From positions 58,964 through 122,963 of the forward strand of contig CAVUBR010000016.1 of assembly GCA_963739705.1 (NCBI GenBank): 64,000 bases of DNA, in the 5' to 3' direction. The notes under the pieces were generated by a model. The model made no database searches. It was given only the letters and a program-made list of their open reading frames with translations, and was not told where the DNA came from. This DNA comes from Terriglobia bacterium (GTDB lineage Bacteria > Acidobacteriota > Terriglobia > Bryobacterales > Bryobacteraceae). This document shows, one piece after another, positions 1 to 10,078 of the stretch. The first letter of the stretch is position 1, and every line of letters starts with the position of its first letter. A program made the position numbers and the translations under genes.

Positions 1-597
1 ATCGGGGCCGCTGCCATTTTGGTCGCCGCGTCGATTCATTGGCATCCGAAATCCGAATACGGAGATAACGTAGTATTTCTCGCTGGCGTCGGCCACGGCC
101 TTGGCCTCATCGGCGCTGCTCGCGCCCTGACGCTTTAGAGCCTGTTGAACCGGCATCGCGCTGTCCCAACGCACGGTCACGTTCATGGGACCGGCGCTGC
201 GCCCGCCCGAGGAAGCCCCGCTGTCGTCATCCGGATTACCCCCGCCGCGAGGATAACCTCCAGCGCCTGGGTTGCCGCCGCCCGGATAACCACCGCCCGG
301 GTAGCCACCGCCCGGATAACCACCGCCCGGGTAACCACCCCCCGGGTAGCCAACACCTGGATATCCTCCACCCGGATATCCGCCGCCCGGGAATCCAATC
401 CCGCGTCGGCGCCCGGAGCCGGATCCTTGCGGCGCGACGGTCATTTCCTTCGCCCAGGGCGAGTCGGTAAGGACTTTGTTAATTTCGTCGTCGGTCCATT
501 GCGTGTAGTCCTTGTTCCTCCACGATTCGGCGGCGAAAAGAACCACGGCGCAGGCTGTCCCGGCAAAAGCTATCCCCAAAATTTGATTTCGATGCAT
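1..597 (-). CDS. Secreted Gly/Tyr/Pro-repeat protein. N-terminal 199 codons only; the gene runs off the left edge.
   Basis: Absent from the ORF track because there is no stop in the window. The ATG is the complement of 595-597. Hand translation gives MHRNQILGIAFAGTACAVVLFAAESWRNKDYTQWTDDEINKVLTDSPWAKEMTV..., i.e. a signal peptide followed by a W-T-x-x-E...SPWA motif. Eight GGYPG-type pentapeptides follow, then ...MNVTVRWDSAMPVQQALKRQ.... The frame stays open to base 1. Confidence 0.6.
   Translation of the reverse strand, partial: MHRNQILGIAFAGTACAVVLFAAESWRNKDYTQWTDDEINKVLTDSPWAKEMTVAPQGSGSGRRRGIGFPGGGYPGGGYPGVGYPGGGYPGGGYPGGGYPGGGYPGGGNPGAGGYPRGGGNPDDDSGASSGGRSAGPMNVTVRWDSAMPVQQALKRQGASSADEAKAVADASEKYYVISVFGFRMPMNRRGDQNGSGPD
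271..390 (-). repeat. Eight tandem 15-bp units (consensus on + strand RTARCCNCCNCCCGG), encoding (G-G-Y-P-G)n inside the 1..597 gene.
   Basis: Read directly from the sequence: gttgccgccgcccgg / ataaccaccgcccgg / gtagccaccgcccgg / ataaccaccgcccgg / gtaaccaccccccgg / gtagccaacacctgg / atatcctccacccgg / atatccgccgcccgg. The units are in frame and contiguous, with no spacers. Confidence 0.9.
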
Positions 598-756
598 CTT
601 GCTTCGCCAGACGCTGTGCGGGAGTGTGCCGTTACGCTAAACTCATGTTTTGCCGATTTTCAGTCTGTCAAGTTTTGTAAGGAAGTTCCGCCGCGCAGCG
701 CTTTTCCCGTTAACCTGCGGTTTACCGGGCGCGTCGTTACACTATTCGTCTCGATC

Positions 757-3105
757 ATGAAACTAAGTCTTATTCTTCCATTCGCCGGATTGCTCTGCTC
801 GGCCGGTGTAGCCTCCAATGCGCTGCTCGGCGCAGAGCCAGACGCCGTGAAGCTGCTGGAGACCGCGCCGCTTCGATTCGAGCCCGCACCCGGCGCTTCC
901 GGCGGTTTTGTAGCGCGCGGCGCACGGTACCACTTCGAGTTTTCGAACCACCAGACCATCCTGCATGCCGCGGGTCGCAACGTAGCGCTGCGTTTCGACG
1001 GCGCCGATCCTCACGCCCGCATCCAGGCTGAAGACGAGCTGAAATCGAAAACCAATCTGTTCCTGGGGAACGACCCGTCCCAGTGGCGGCAAGGCATCGC
1101 TAACTACGGACGCCTGCGAGTTCCCGGATTGTATCCCGGCGTCGATTTGGTGTACTACGGAAACGCTCGTGAATTGGAGTACGATCTCAAAATCGCGCCT
1201 GGCGCCGATCCCGCCCAAATTCGTTTGCGGGTTACGGGCGCGCGTGCCAGCGTGGACCACGCCGGCGACTTGGTCGCCGATCTGATCCAGAAGCGGCCGG
1301 TAGCGTATCAGGTGGACGCAAATGGCGTCCGGACCACTGTAAAAGCCCGCTACCGCCGCAATCGCGACGGCTCCTATGGATTCGCTGTCGGAAACTACGA
1401 TTCGAGGCGCGAACTCATCCTCGATCCCGTGCTGACGTTTTCAGCTTATTTGAGCGGATCACATGAAGATACTGCATACGCCATCACGCACGATCAGAAC
1501 GGCCTCATTTACGTCGCCGGATCGACTCTATCCACTGACTTCCCATTAGCCGGGGCCCCGTCACAAGCCTCGGCGGGCGGCAGCGGCGATGTTTGGGTAG
1601 CACAAATTAATCCCAACGCCCCGGCCGGCAGTGGGTTTCTGTTTACCACCTACGTGGGCGGGTCCGGCACGGAAACCTTCGGCGGCCTCGCGGTCGGCCC
1701 CCAAGGCGACATCTATTTGACCGGATCAACCGAGTCCACGAATTTTCCGGTCACCTCGAGCGCGTACAAAGGCAGCATCACCAACGCCCCCAATACCAAC
1801 GCTTTCGTCGTCTGGATCAATTCCAGCCAGAGTCTCGCCTACTCGAGCTACCTGGGCGGGAGCCATGCCGACATCGCGAATGGAATCGCAACCGATTCGC
1901 ATGGCAGAATGTGGATCACTGGCGGAACGCTGTCCACCGATTTCCCCATGGTGGGAGCCCTTCAGAGCACCAACGCCGGCGCTCAGGACATGTTCATCGC
2001 CGGTTTCGATCCATCCCAAAGCGGAACCAATTCGCTCGTCTACTCTTCTTATCTGGGCGGCTCGAATTGGGACACTGGCCGAGGTATCGCAGTCGCCTCC
2101 GATGGTACGTTGTGGATCGTTGGGGGTACTTATTCCTACGATGCACCGGTGCACAACGCTTATCAGCCTAACTATCGCGGCAGCGGCGATGCTTACGTGG
2201 CTCACATCGATCCCAACATGGGTTCGAGCGGCCTCTTATACGCAACCTTCCTCGGCGGCGGCAGCCTGGAGGAAGCCCGCAGCATCGTTCTCGATCCATC
2301 CGGACCGGTGATCGTCGGCGGTTACACGGTCTCTCCGGACCTTCCAGTGACCTCCAACGCCTATCAGCAGACCTACGGCGGCAATACCGACGGCTTCATT
2401 GCGATTCTGAATCCCGCCAATTCATCCAATCAACTGGCCTATTCCACCTACTTCGGCGGAGCAGGAGCCGATGTTCCGTTCGATCTGAAACGTGACTCCA
2501 GCGGAGCGCTCTACCTGTCGGGCATGACCACGTCTCCGGGACTCCCGTCCACTCCAGGCGCGCCGCAGCCGGCCTACGACAATACCCTCGACGTCTTTGT
2601 CCTGCGTTTCGATCCCTCCCAAGCCGGTGCGGCAGGCATCGACTATTTCACCTATCTGGGAAGCGACGGATTGCAGATCGGGTACGGCGTGGATTTTGAC
2701 GCGAGCGGCAACGTCTACGTCGTGGGTTCCACCAGCGGGCCGATTTTCGACGCGCTGGGCGGCGCCGGTAAGCCGTCCGCTTCCGGCAAAACGGATGCTT
2801 TCGTGGCCGGATTCCCCATCTGCAGCTTCAGCCTTTCGCTCAACAGCCAGCAATTTCCCGCATCCGGCGGCACCGGGACGATCAACATCACGGCTGGGGG
2901 AGGAAGTTGCGCCTGGACCGCTTCCAGCAGCCTGGATTGGGTTACGGTTTCTCCCGCCGGCGGCAGCGGCAACGGTTCGGTCACCATTACCGTGGCCGCA
3001 AATACGACTGGCGCGGCGCGCGAAGGCAGCATTACCATCGCGGGTGTGTCGTTTCTCGTGGGCCAGGACGCCTCGACGCCCGCGGCCTCTCACTTCCGGC
3101 GTTAG
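757..3105 (+). CDS. Secreted SBBP beta-propeller repeat protein with a C-terminal BACON-like Ig domain
   Basis: The tracked ORF is 145..3105. Its first 204 codons are the Arg/Thr-rich antisense of the GGYPG gene, so I moved the start to ATG 757 (MKLSLILPFAGLLCSAGVASNALLG, a signal peptide). The motif G(S/G)T.S.DFP...AYQ recurs about 7 times (GSTLSTDFPLAG, GSTESTNFPVTSSAY, GGTLSTDFPMVG, and so on). The C-terminus reads GGTGTINITAGGGSCAWTASSSLDWVTVSPAGGSGNGSVTITVAANTTGAAREGSITIAG. Confidence 0.8.
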   Translation: MKLSLILPFAGLLCSAGVASNALLGAEPDAVKLLETAPLRFEPAPGASGGFVARGARYHFEFSNHQTILHAAGRNVALRFDGADPHARIQAEDELKSKTNLFLGNDPSQWRQGIANYGRLRVPGLYPGVDLVYYGNARELEYDLKIAPGADPAQIRLRVTGARASVDHAGDLVADLIQKRPVAYQVDANGVRTTVKARYRRNRDGSYGFAVGNYDSRRELILDPVLTFSAYLSGSHEDTAYAITHDQNGLIYVAGSTLSTDFPLAGAPSQASAGGSGDVWVAQINPNAPAGSGFLFTTYVGGSGTETFGGLAVGPQGDIYLTGSTESTNFPVTSSAYKGSITNAPNTNAFVVWINSSQSLAYSSYLGGSHADIANGIATDSHGRMWITGGTLSTDFPMVGALQSTNAGAQDMFIAGFDPSQSGTNSLVYSSYLGGSNWDTGRGIAVASDGTLWIVGGTYSYDAPVHNAYQPNYRGSGDAYVAHIDPNMGSSGLLYATFLGGGSLEEARSIVLDPSGPVIVGGYTVSPDLPVTSNAYQQTYGGNTDGFIAILNPANSSNQLAYSTYFGGAGADVPFDLKRDSSGALYLSGMTTSPGLPSTPGAPQPAYDNTLDVFVLRFDPSQAGAAGIDYFTYLGSDGLQIGYGVDFDASGNVYVVGSTSGPIFDALGGAGKPSASGKTDAFVAGFPICSFSLSLNSQQFPASGGTGTINITAGGGSCAWTASSSLDWVTVSPAGGSGNGSVTITVAANTTGAAREGSITIAGVSFLVGQDASTPAASHFRR

Positions 3106-6100
3106 TGCACCGGGATGCTCGAGGACTTGGACGTTGGCGCCACCCGCCGTTACCGTGATGGGATAGATGATGGGATACGAGCCGGCTGTGAGACTGCTCG
3201 GCACCGTAACGTTTAACTGATAAAGTCCCGAAAACCCCGGCGCCAGTCCACAAAAATCGGGCGTCACCTTTGTCGTTCCAATCGTCACCGTGACCGTGGA
3301 ACTGCACTGGGCGAGCGGCGACGCTGGCGCCGGATCGCCGCTGGCCGGCTGATTGGTCACCGGGCCGAGACCGTTTGCGAAAATCTCAATGCTCTGCCCT
3401 CCCACCGCGGGATTCGAAGAAGTGATCACATTGGCTTTGGAATCCAGCGCGGCAACCTGGCCCCCGCCTTCAAAAAATGCCGGGGAATAGTTGGCCAGTG
3501 GCACCGTCACCACATTACCGAACGCCAGGCCGAACCCGTCCCCTACGATGACCTTCATCTGGACCGAGCTTTGACCTTGCAGTTCCCAGGGCACCTGGAC
3601 ATTCACCTGATTCGGGCTGACGAAGATCAAATGCCCCGGCAAGCTAAGCTGGGCTGACGGTACATCGAAGCTGACGGTGACGAAGTCGATGGTCAACGGC
3701 AAAATGGCCGTGGTCGCCTCGTCCGTCACGGCGCTGAGGTTTGTTCCGAAAATCGAGATGTACGATCCGGGGGCGATGGGTTGTCCTTCGGTCAGGCTGG
3801 CTGCATTCACCACGCTGCTTGCGGTGATGACCGGCGCCGTAAGTGCAGTGGCGGCAAAACTGAACCCCAGGCGCGCGCCAAATTGCGCCGTGAAAGTGTA
3901 ATTGCTTCCGACCGTGCTCCCCAGGAAGGCTTCCGCGCTTGCGATTCCATTGCTATCCGTGACGGCTTGGATATTTTCTAGCGACGCATCGGTCGGAGCG
4001 ATGAAGGTGATATTGAGCCCCGCGACTGGAACGCCGTTCAAGTCCACCATCTTCACCACAATCGGGCCCGCATCCTGGCCGGCCAACGTGTCGGTTGGCC
4101 CAGAGAGCGCAATCATATTGCCCACCGCGGGGGTGCTGATGAAGAACATGTAAGGAACATGGACCGCGGACGCTCCTCCCTGAATGGTTACGAATCCGGA
4201 GTAGACGCCCGCATTGGGAATGAATCCGGCAATGTTCAGATTCACCGCCGCCGAAGCGCCCGGCGCCAGCGTCAGGCTGGCATGATCCACCGACGCATTC
4301 ACGCCATTGACCGACACGGCGGGCGTCACCACCAGCGATAAATTCGCGCTGCCCGAACCGGTGTTGGTCACCTGGAATGATTGTGAGACAGGGAACGCGG
4401 TAGGCACGCCCAACGAAAGCGTGGAGGGCGTCACAATAATGGTGGATTGCACCGCCGCGCCCGCGTCCATCAATCCCGCGCCGAGTTGCTGCACTCCCAC
4501 CGCATTGCCGTTCTCGTCCTGAGTGACAACCTGCGCCGCCGTGTTCACCAGCGCGGACTTGATCTGCGCCGGCGTATAGCCGGGATGCGCTTGCTTCACC
4601 AGAGCCGCGGCTCCGGACACCAGCGGCGTCGCGAAGCTGGTACCCGAGCCGGCAGCGTAGCGGTCGGGACTAAAGAGCTCGCCTAGCGGGTCATAGTCTT
4701 GCGCGGCCAGATAGATGTCCGCGCCGAAATTCTCGCTGCCACCCGTCGCCACCAGGTCCGGTTTGATGGCGTTATTGCCCGGCGACGGCCCCAGCGAAGA
4801 ATAGTACGACAGCAGGTTCACAAGATTCGAGGGCTTGAGCAACTCGAAGGTGCCAATCCCGATCGTCACGTTATTTTTTGGATTTGCAGTAGCAAAGGAC
4901 TTCAACGCCAGGCCGTCCGAGTTTGAAATCATCACGGCCGGAATATTGGTGGAGGTCAGGCCGCCCGGCGCGATCGGCGGAGACTGGTCTGCCATGTACA
5001 GCACCACGCCAATTGCGCCGGCAGTTTGCGCATTCGTTACTTTGTCGGAAAAGGTGCAGGTTCCCCGCTCTATGATCGCGAACGCACCGTTTAGCGATCC
5101 GGCCGGCAGTGGATTACATCCCAACGTGTCGGCGCTAACAGACGCCACATCCACCGCTGGTCCGGTTTGGCCGGTGGGAAAAGGGCCGTCACCCAATTGC
5201 CCGGCGAGCTGCTGCAGGTTGGAAGGAACCCCCGAGCCGAGCACCTGAACACTTCCATCCACGATGAAATGAGAATTGGTGGTGGACCCCACCGTGATTG
5301 CCGACGGCGCGTCGCCCGGTGACCCGATGCTGTCCAGCGTAGGCGCGTTGGAACTGGACGCGCCGTCGCCATCGTTACCCGCCGCAATCACCACCACCAT
5401 GCCGGCCTGGACCGCGTTTTCCACCGCTATGGCGAGTGGATCGCACGGCACGCCGCTCGGATTACCGCAGATGGAACCCGTATCCAGCGGACCCGAGAAG
5501 GCCGGGCCTCCCAGCGACACCGAAGCGACGTCCATCCCGTCGTTGAGCGCATCCTCCAGCGCCAGCATGATGGCGGCGTCCGACGCGCCATCGTGAATCG
5601 TGGGTGATCCGAATACCTTGTAGTTGCCCAGGAACGCCTTCGGAGCTACGCCGTTGAATGTCAAACCGGCTGGGCCGGTATTGGGGACTCCCGCGGCCGC
5701 CGAAGCCGTTCCGGTGCCGTGACCCACGCGATCGCGCGGCGTGTAATCGTCCGGCGTCGAATCCACCGCCGGATTGTTCGGATCGCTTCGGTGGCCGCCT
5801 CCAACGCCGCGTAGCTGCGCGCCACGATGACCTTGTGGTTGGTGTAGTCCGAGCAATTGGGGACGTTTACTTCCGTGCCATTAGGGTAGGCGATTTTGCA
5901 GATCGGAAATCCCGAAGGCACGCTCAGCGAGTTGTCCTGAAAAGCCGGATGAGTCTGATCGATGCCCGTATCGATCATCCCGATCTTCATGCCCGCGCCC
6001 GCCTTCCCAGTTCCGCCCAGCGCGTTCCATGCACCCGGAGCGTCCACCAGACCCGTGGCACGATTCAGATTCAAATGATACTGACGCCCGGCCACCACGC

Positions 6101-6440
6101 CTTTCACCCCCGGCAGCGCCTTCAGTTCCGCCAGACGCTCCTTGGGCGCAATCACAAAGATGGCGTTCAGCACCGTCTTCACTTCGGCCGTCACTTGTAT
6201 ATGGCGCGACGCCAGATCATTCTTCAAAGCTTGGTGCTTGCCTCGATCTGCTGCCGGTAGTTCGCCGCGTCCAGCGAGCGCGCTCGTTCGGCCGAGGCGT
6301 AGCGTTCGGCGACCGGCGGATCTTCGAAAATGAGCGTGTAATGCTGCGCCCCGGATTGCGCTCGCAGCGCCGGAAGCGTCAGCGCTCCCGATCAGGATCA
6401 GTCCCAAGATACCTAGATACTTACTAATTCGTTGCGCCAT
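3102..6440 (-). CDS. S8 (subtilisin-family) serine peptidase with I9-like propeptide, PA-domain insert and tandem TIGR03437-like C-terminal Ig modules. At least 4 frame disruptions in this sequence.
   Basis: The Asp motif IGMIDTGID lies in ORF 5661..6530. The His motif GHGTGTASAAAG and the Ser motif GSGTSFATPLVSGAAAL lie in ORF 2422..5856. A signal peptide follows ATG 6440 (MAQRISKYLGILGLILIG). Frame switches are needed at about 6386, 6238, 5790 and 3140. After the last switch the protein ends ...TSKSSSIPVH-TAA at 3102-3104. The tracked ORF instead reads on to 2422 through the opposite-strand gene. Confidence 0.8.
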
Positions 6441-6766
6441 GACTACTTTGATGAACCCCAATTGATCGAAATTTCCTTCAGCAATGTAAAGAATGTAAAT
6501 AATATCCGTTTCTCCACCGTGGCCGGCCATCCGGTCTTCACCCCCGGACCGCTAGGCTTTTCTGCTTAGCTGCGGCAAACCAGCGAAGAGCGTGACAGCA
6601 CACGGATCGCGGAAAAATCAAACCCCGACGCGGGAGCACCCGTTATGCCGCCGGCGAGAGATCATTTCTCAACCGGCACGAAAGAACTTCCAGGAGACTA
6701 ACCAGGATAAGGTACCAGTTTATCACTGCTGACAGAGCCCTTAGGCCGCGGATTTTAAAACGAGCC

Positions 6767-9700
6767 TTAGCGGGAAGCGACGGTGGTTCCGGCTTTTAGC
6801 GACGCAAGTTTTTCGGCCGCCGTTCGTTTCACCGTGGCGATGTTTTGCTCTTTGATTTTCTCGTACCCCCGGATCTGATCCGGCAGCGCGGCGATTTCCA
6901 GCGCTTGTGGCAAGTTGTCCGGCGTCAGGCTGGCCAGCACTTCTTCGATGAGCTGGCGATACCACGCGATCAGCGAGCGCTCCAGGCGCCGGTGCGAGGA
7001 AAGCCCGAAAATATCCAGCGGCGTTCCGCGCAGACCTTTGAAGCGCTTGAGAACGTTCAGCGGAGTCCGGAACCAGGGGCCCAGCTTGAGCTTCTTGTTA
7101 ACTCCGAAGCTGCGCAGCAGCGGCGGATGCAAGTTGTAAGAGATCGCTTCCGGCGCTTCCCACATGTCGCGCACGCGCTCGACGAACTCCGGCTTGGTCA
7201 GCAGCCGCGCCACTTCGTACTCGTCCTTGTACGCCATCAGCTTGTACAGGTACCTCGCGACCACCTCGCGCAGCGCCGGCTCCTGAATCTTATCCAGGAA
7301 CTCGACGTACGATCGCGCGTACGCCTCGTTCTGATATTCGCGCAGCTCCGCCACGCGATCGAAGCCCGCCTTAGCCTTCGTTTGCGGTTTGAGGAGCCCT
7401 TCCACCCAGGCCGCATCCTGATAATATTTGCGTCCCCACGCGAACCACTCCCGGTTGCGGTCCACCTCCACGCCGTTCCACTGGATGGCCTGCTCGATCG
7501 CCTCCGCGGAGATCGGGATCAAACCACCCTGATAGGCGATACCGGTCATGAACATGTTCACCGCCATGTGCGTGCCGAATAATCCTTCGGCGATGCGGTT
7601 GGCGTCCACGAAAATGTTGCGGCCCCGATTGGTGACGGAGTTGATCGCGTCCAGCATCTGCCCGGAACCGCTCAGCGGCATGCGATTCCTGATGGTATCG
7701 ATGGTGGGAACCAGATCGGTGTTGAGGATCGCAACCGTGCGTTCGCGGCCGGCTGTCGCCAGATTCTTCGGCTCCAGGATTCCCAGCAGATCGAAGCCTA
7801 AGATCAGATCCGCGTTGCCGGCGTTCACTTTGGCGGGCGCTTCAATCGGATGCGCGCTGACCAGCAGATGCGAGACCACCGCGCCGCCCTTCTGCGCGCT
7901 GCCGGTTTGATCGAGCGTCGCCACGTGCAGGCCGTCGATCCAGGCGGCGGTGGCCAGCAGCGCGTTAATCGTGACTACGCCCGTCCCGCCGATTCCGGGA
8001 CCGATGATGCGATAACCCTCGCCCGCCTGCACGCGATCGCGCGGCGCAGGTACCTCCGCGGCCGGCAATTGCGGCAGCGCCTTCTTCTTCAGACCGGTGC
8101 CCGGCTTCACGTCCACCGACACGAACGACGGGCAATCGCCCAGCGCGCAGCTATAGTCCTTGTTGCAGGAGGATTGATGGATGCGAATCTTCTGCCCCAG
8201 CTCGGTCATCACCGGCGTGAGGCTCATGCAATTGGCCTGCTTGACGCAATCGCCGCAGCCTTCGCAAACTTCTTCGTGAATCACCAGGCGCTTGGTGGGC
8301 TCGGCGTAGATGCCGCGCGATCGTTTGCGGCGCTTCTCGGCGGCGCATTCCTGGTCGTAGATCATGACCGTGACGCCGGGAATCTGTTCCAGCTCGCGCA
8401 GCGTGCGCGTCAATTCCTCCCGCGGCCGCAGCTCGGCATTGGAAGCCAATTCGCCTGCGTTGTTATATTTCTCGACATCCTCGGCCAGCACGACGGTCTT
8501 GCGAACGCCCTCCGCCTGCAGCTTCCGCGTCAGATCCGGAATCGGCAGCGCGCCCACCGCATTCTGCCCGCCAGTCATCGCGACGTGCCCGTTGAACAGA
8601 ATCTTATAAGTAATGTTGACCTTGGCCGCGACGCACGCCTCGATGGCCAGATAGCCGGAGTGAAACAGCGTCCCGTCGCCGAGATTCTGGAAAATGTGCT
8701 TCTGATCCACGAACGGCGTCATGCCGATCCACGGCGCGCCCTCGCCGCCCATGTGCGTGAGGAAAACAAAGCTGCGGGCCGGATCGTTCAGCCGCATCGC
8801 CATGGTGTGGCAGCCGATGCCGCCGCCCGCGATTTGCCCTTCCAGCAGCAGCGTGGACCGATTGTGCGGGCAACCGGAGCAGAACGCGGCCGGACGCGCG
8901 CCGAGGGATTTCGAACTCCCGAATGGCTGCGGCGCGGCCGCGAGCGTTCGCGGCGCCTTGTGCAGAATGTCGCACAGCGCCGTAGCGATTCTGTCCGGAT
9001 CGAGTTCGCCGGTCGGCGGAAAATGCGATTTGCCCAGAACCGCCGGCCGCGACGGAAGATCGTACAGAATCTCGCGCAGCTGCGTTTCGATGAAACTCCG
9101 CTTTTCCTCGACCACGAATATCGTTTCCAGCCCGCGCGCGAATTCCCGCGCAAACTCCGGATCGAGCGGAAACGGCATCCCAACTTTACCGATGCGCACC
9201 TCATCGCGCACGCCCAGATCGCGCAGCGCCTGCATCAGATCGAAATAGGATTTGCCGGTGCTCAGCACGCCGATGCGCGCCTCGGCCCCATTGTGCCGAT
9301 TGATGCCGTTCAGGCGCGCGAACTGGCGCGCGGCCTCCAGTCTCCGCACATTCACTTCGTGTTCCAGCCCCAGCGTGACCGGCGCCACGATGCGTGGATC
9401 GGTGTGGCGCTGGTAGCCTTCAGGCAGCCGAATGACCGGCCGCGACGGGTCCAGCTCAGCCGTTCCCCCGCCATCGCACACATCCGTGACCATCTTCATC
9501 CCCACCCAAGCCGCGCTGAAGCGCGACAACGCGATGGCCAGCAGCCCATAATCCAAAATGTCCTGCACGTTGCCGGGATACAGATACGGAATGCCGAGGT
9601 TGAACAGGCTGAAATCGCTCTGGCTGGGGATGGTGGAGCTTTTCGAAATCGGATCGTCGCCGCACAGCAGCAGCGCGCCGCCGTTCTTCGCCGAGCCCGC

Positions 9701-10078
9701 CAGGTTGGCGTGCCGGAAGATGTCGCCGCTGCGATCCACGCCCGGCCCTTTGCCGTACCAGATCCCCACCACGCCTTCCACTTTGCTCTTGCCGATGGTG
9801 TCGATGATCTGGCTGCCGAACACCGCCGTCGCGGCCAGGTCCTCATTGACGCCCGGCCGGAAATGGATGTTGTGTTCGGAAAGCAGTTTTCCCGCGCGCG
9901 CCAGCGCCATGTCGTAGCCGCCCAACGGCGAGCCTTCGTAGCCCGAAATGAACGCGCCCGTGTTGAGCCCCGCGCGCCGGTCGCGCCGCATCTGGTCGAT
10001 CGGCAGGCGCACCAGCGCCTGGATGCCGGTCAGATACACCCGGCCTTGTTCGAGCGTGAACTTGTCGGAGAGCTTCAT
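6767..10078 (-). CDS. Indolepyruvate:ferredoxin oxidoreductase family protein (fused alpha/beta, 1103 aa)
   Basis: The N-terminus MKLSDKFTLEQGRVYLTGIQALVRLPIDQMRRDRRAGLNTGAFISGYEGSPLGGYD is the hallmark of the fused IOR family. There is a TPP-binding region, and Cys clusters (CEGCGDCVKQANC...CNKDYSCALGDCPSF) indicate 4Fe-4S binding. Confidence 0.9.
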   Translation of the reverse strand: MKLSDKFTLEQGRVYLTGIQALVRLPIDQMRRDRRAGLNTGAFISGYEGSPLGGYDMALARAGKLLSEHNIHFRPGVNEDLAATAVFGSQIIDTIGKSKVEGVVGIWYGKGPGVDRSGDIFRHANLAGSAKNGGALLLCGDDPISKSSTIPSQSDFSLFNLGIPYLYPGNVQDILDYGLLAIALSRFSAAWVGMKMVTDVCDGGGTAELDPSRPVIRLPEGYQRHTDPRIVAPVTLGLEHEVNVRRLEAARQFARLNGINRHNGAEARIGVLSTGKSYFDLMQALRDLGVRDEVRIGKVGMPFPLDPEFAREFARGLETIFVVEEKRSFIETQLREILYDLPSRPAVLGKSHFPPTGELDPDRIATALCDILHKAPRTLAAAPQPFGSSKSLGARPAAFCSGCPHNRSTLLLEGQIAGGGIGCHTMAMRLNDPARSFVFLTHMGGEGAPWIGMTPFVDQKHIFQNLGDGTLFHSGYLAIEACVAAKVNITYKILFNGHVAMTGGQNAVGALPIPDLTRKLQAEGVRKTVVLAEDVEKYNNAGELASNAELRPREELTRTLRELEQIPGVTVMIYDQECAAEKRRKRSRGIYAEPTKRLVIHEEVCEGCGDCVKQANCMSLTPVMTELGQKIRIHQSSCNKDYSCALGDCPSFVSVDVKPGTGLKKKALPQLPAAEVPAPRDRVQAGEGYRIIGPGIGGTGVVTINALLATAAWIDGLHVATLDQTGSAQKGGAVVSHLLVSAHPIEAPAKVNAGNADLILGFDLLGILEPKNLATAGRERTVAILNTDLVPTIDTIRNRMPLSGSGQMLDAINSVTNRGRNIFVDANRIAEGLFGTHMAVNMFMTGIAYQGGLIPISAEAIEQAIQWNGVEVDRNREWFAWGRKYYQDAAWVEGLLKPQTKAKAGFDRVAELREYQNEAYARSYVEFLDKIQEPALREVVARYLYKLMAYKDEYEVARLLTKPEFVERVRDMWEAPEAISYNLHPPLLRSFGVNKKLKLGPWFRTPLNVLKRFKGLRGTPLDIFGLSSHRRLERSLIAWYRQLIEEVLASLTPDNLPQALEIAALPDQIRGYEKIKEQNIATVKRTAAEKLASLKAGTTVASR

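Noticed and set aside
271-390. Whether the regular 15-bp repeat array could be a CRISPR array or a non-coding satellite.
   Set aside because: The units are contiguous with no spacers. The period is a multiple of 3, and the array stays in frame within a gene that has a signal peptide and conserved flanks. It is a coding pentapeptide repeat.
145-756. The N-terminal 204 codons of tracked ORF 145..3105 (MNRHRAVPTHGH...ARITTARVATARITTARV...).
   Set aside because: This is the antisense reading of the GGYPG-repeat gene. It is Arg/Thr/Ala-rich and repetitive only because the opposite strand is. A proper signal peptide begins at ATG 757.
2221-2235. GGTTCGA-type matches (also at about 30542) that could mark tRNA T-arms.
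   Set aside because: Both sit inside well-supported coding sequence, and the flanks cannot fold into acceptor or anticodon arms. I found no tRNA or rRNA in the window.
2422-3101. The roughly 680-nt C-terminal extension of ORF 2422..5856 running through the SBBP/BACON gene.
   Set aside because: The translated extension (…RGRGRRGVLAHEKRHTRDGNAAFARR…) is Arg-rich junk opposite a well-supported gene. A one-base frame correction near 3140 gives a natural domain end (…SSSIPVH) and a stop at 3102-3104.
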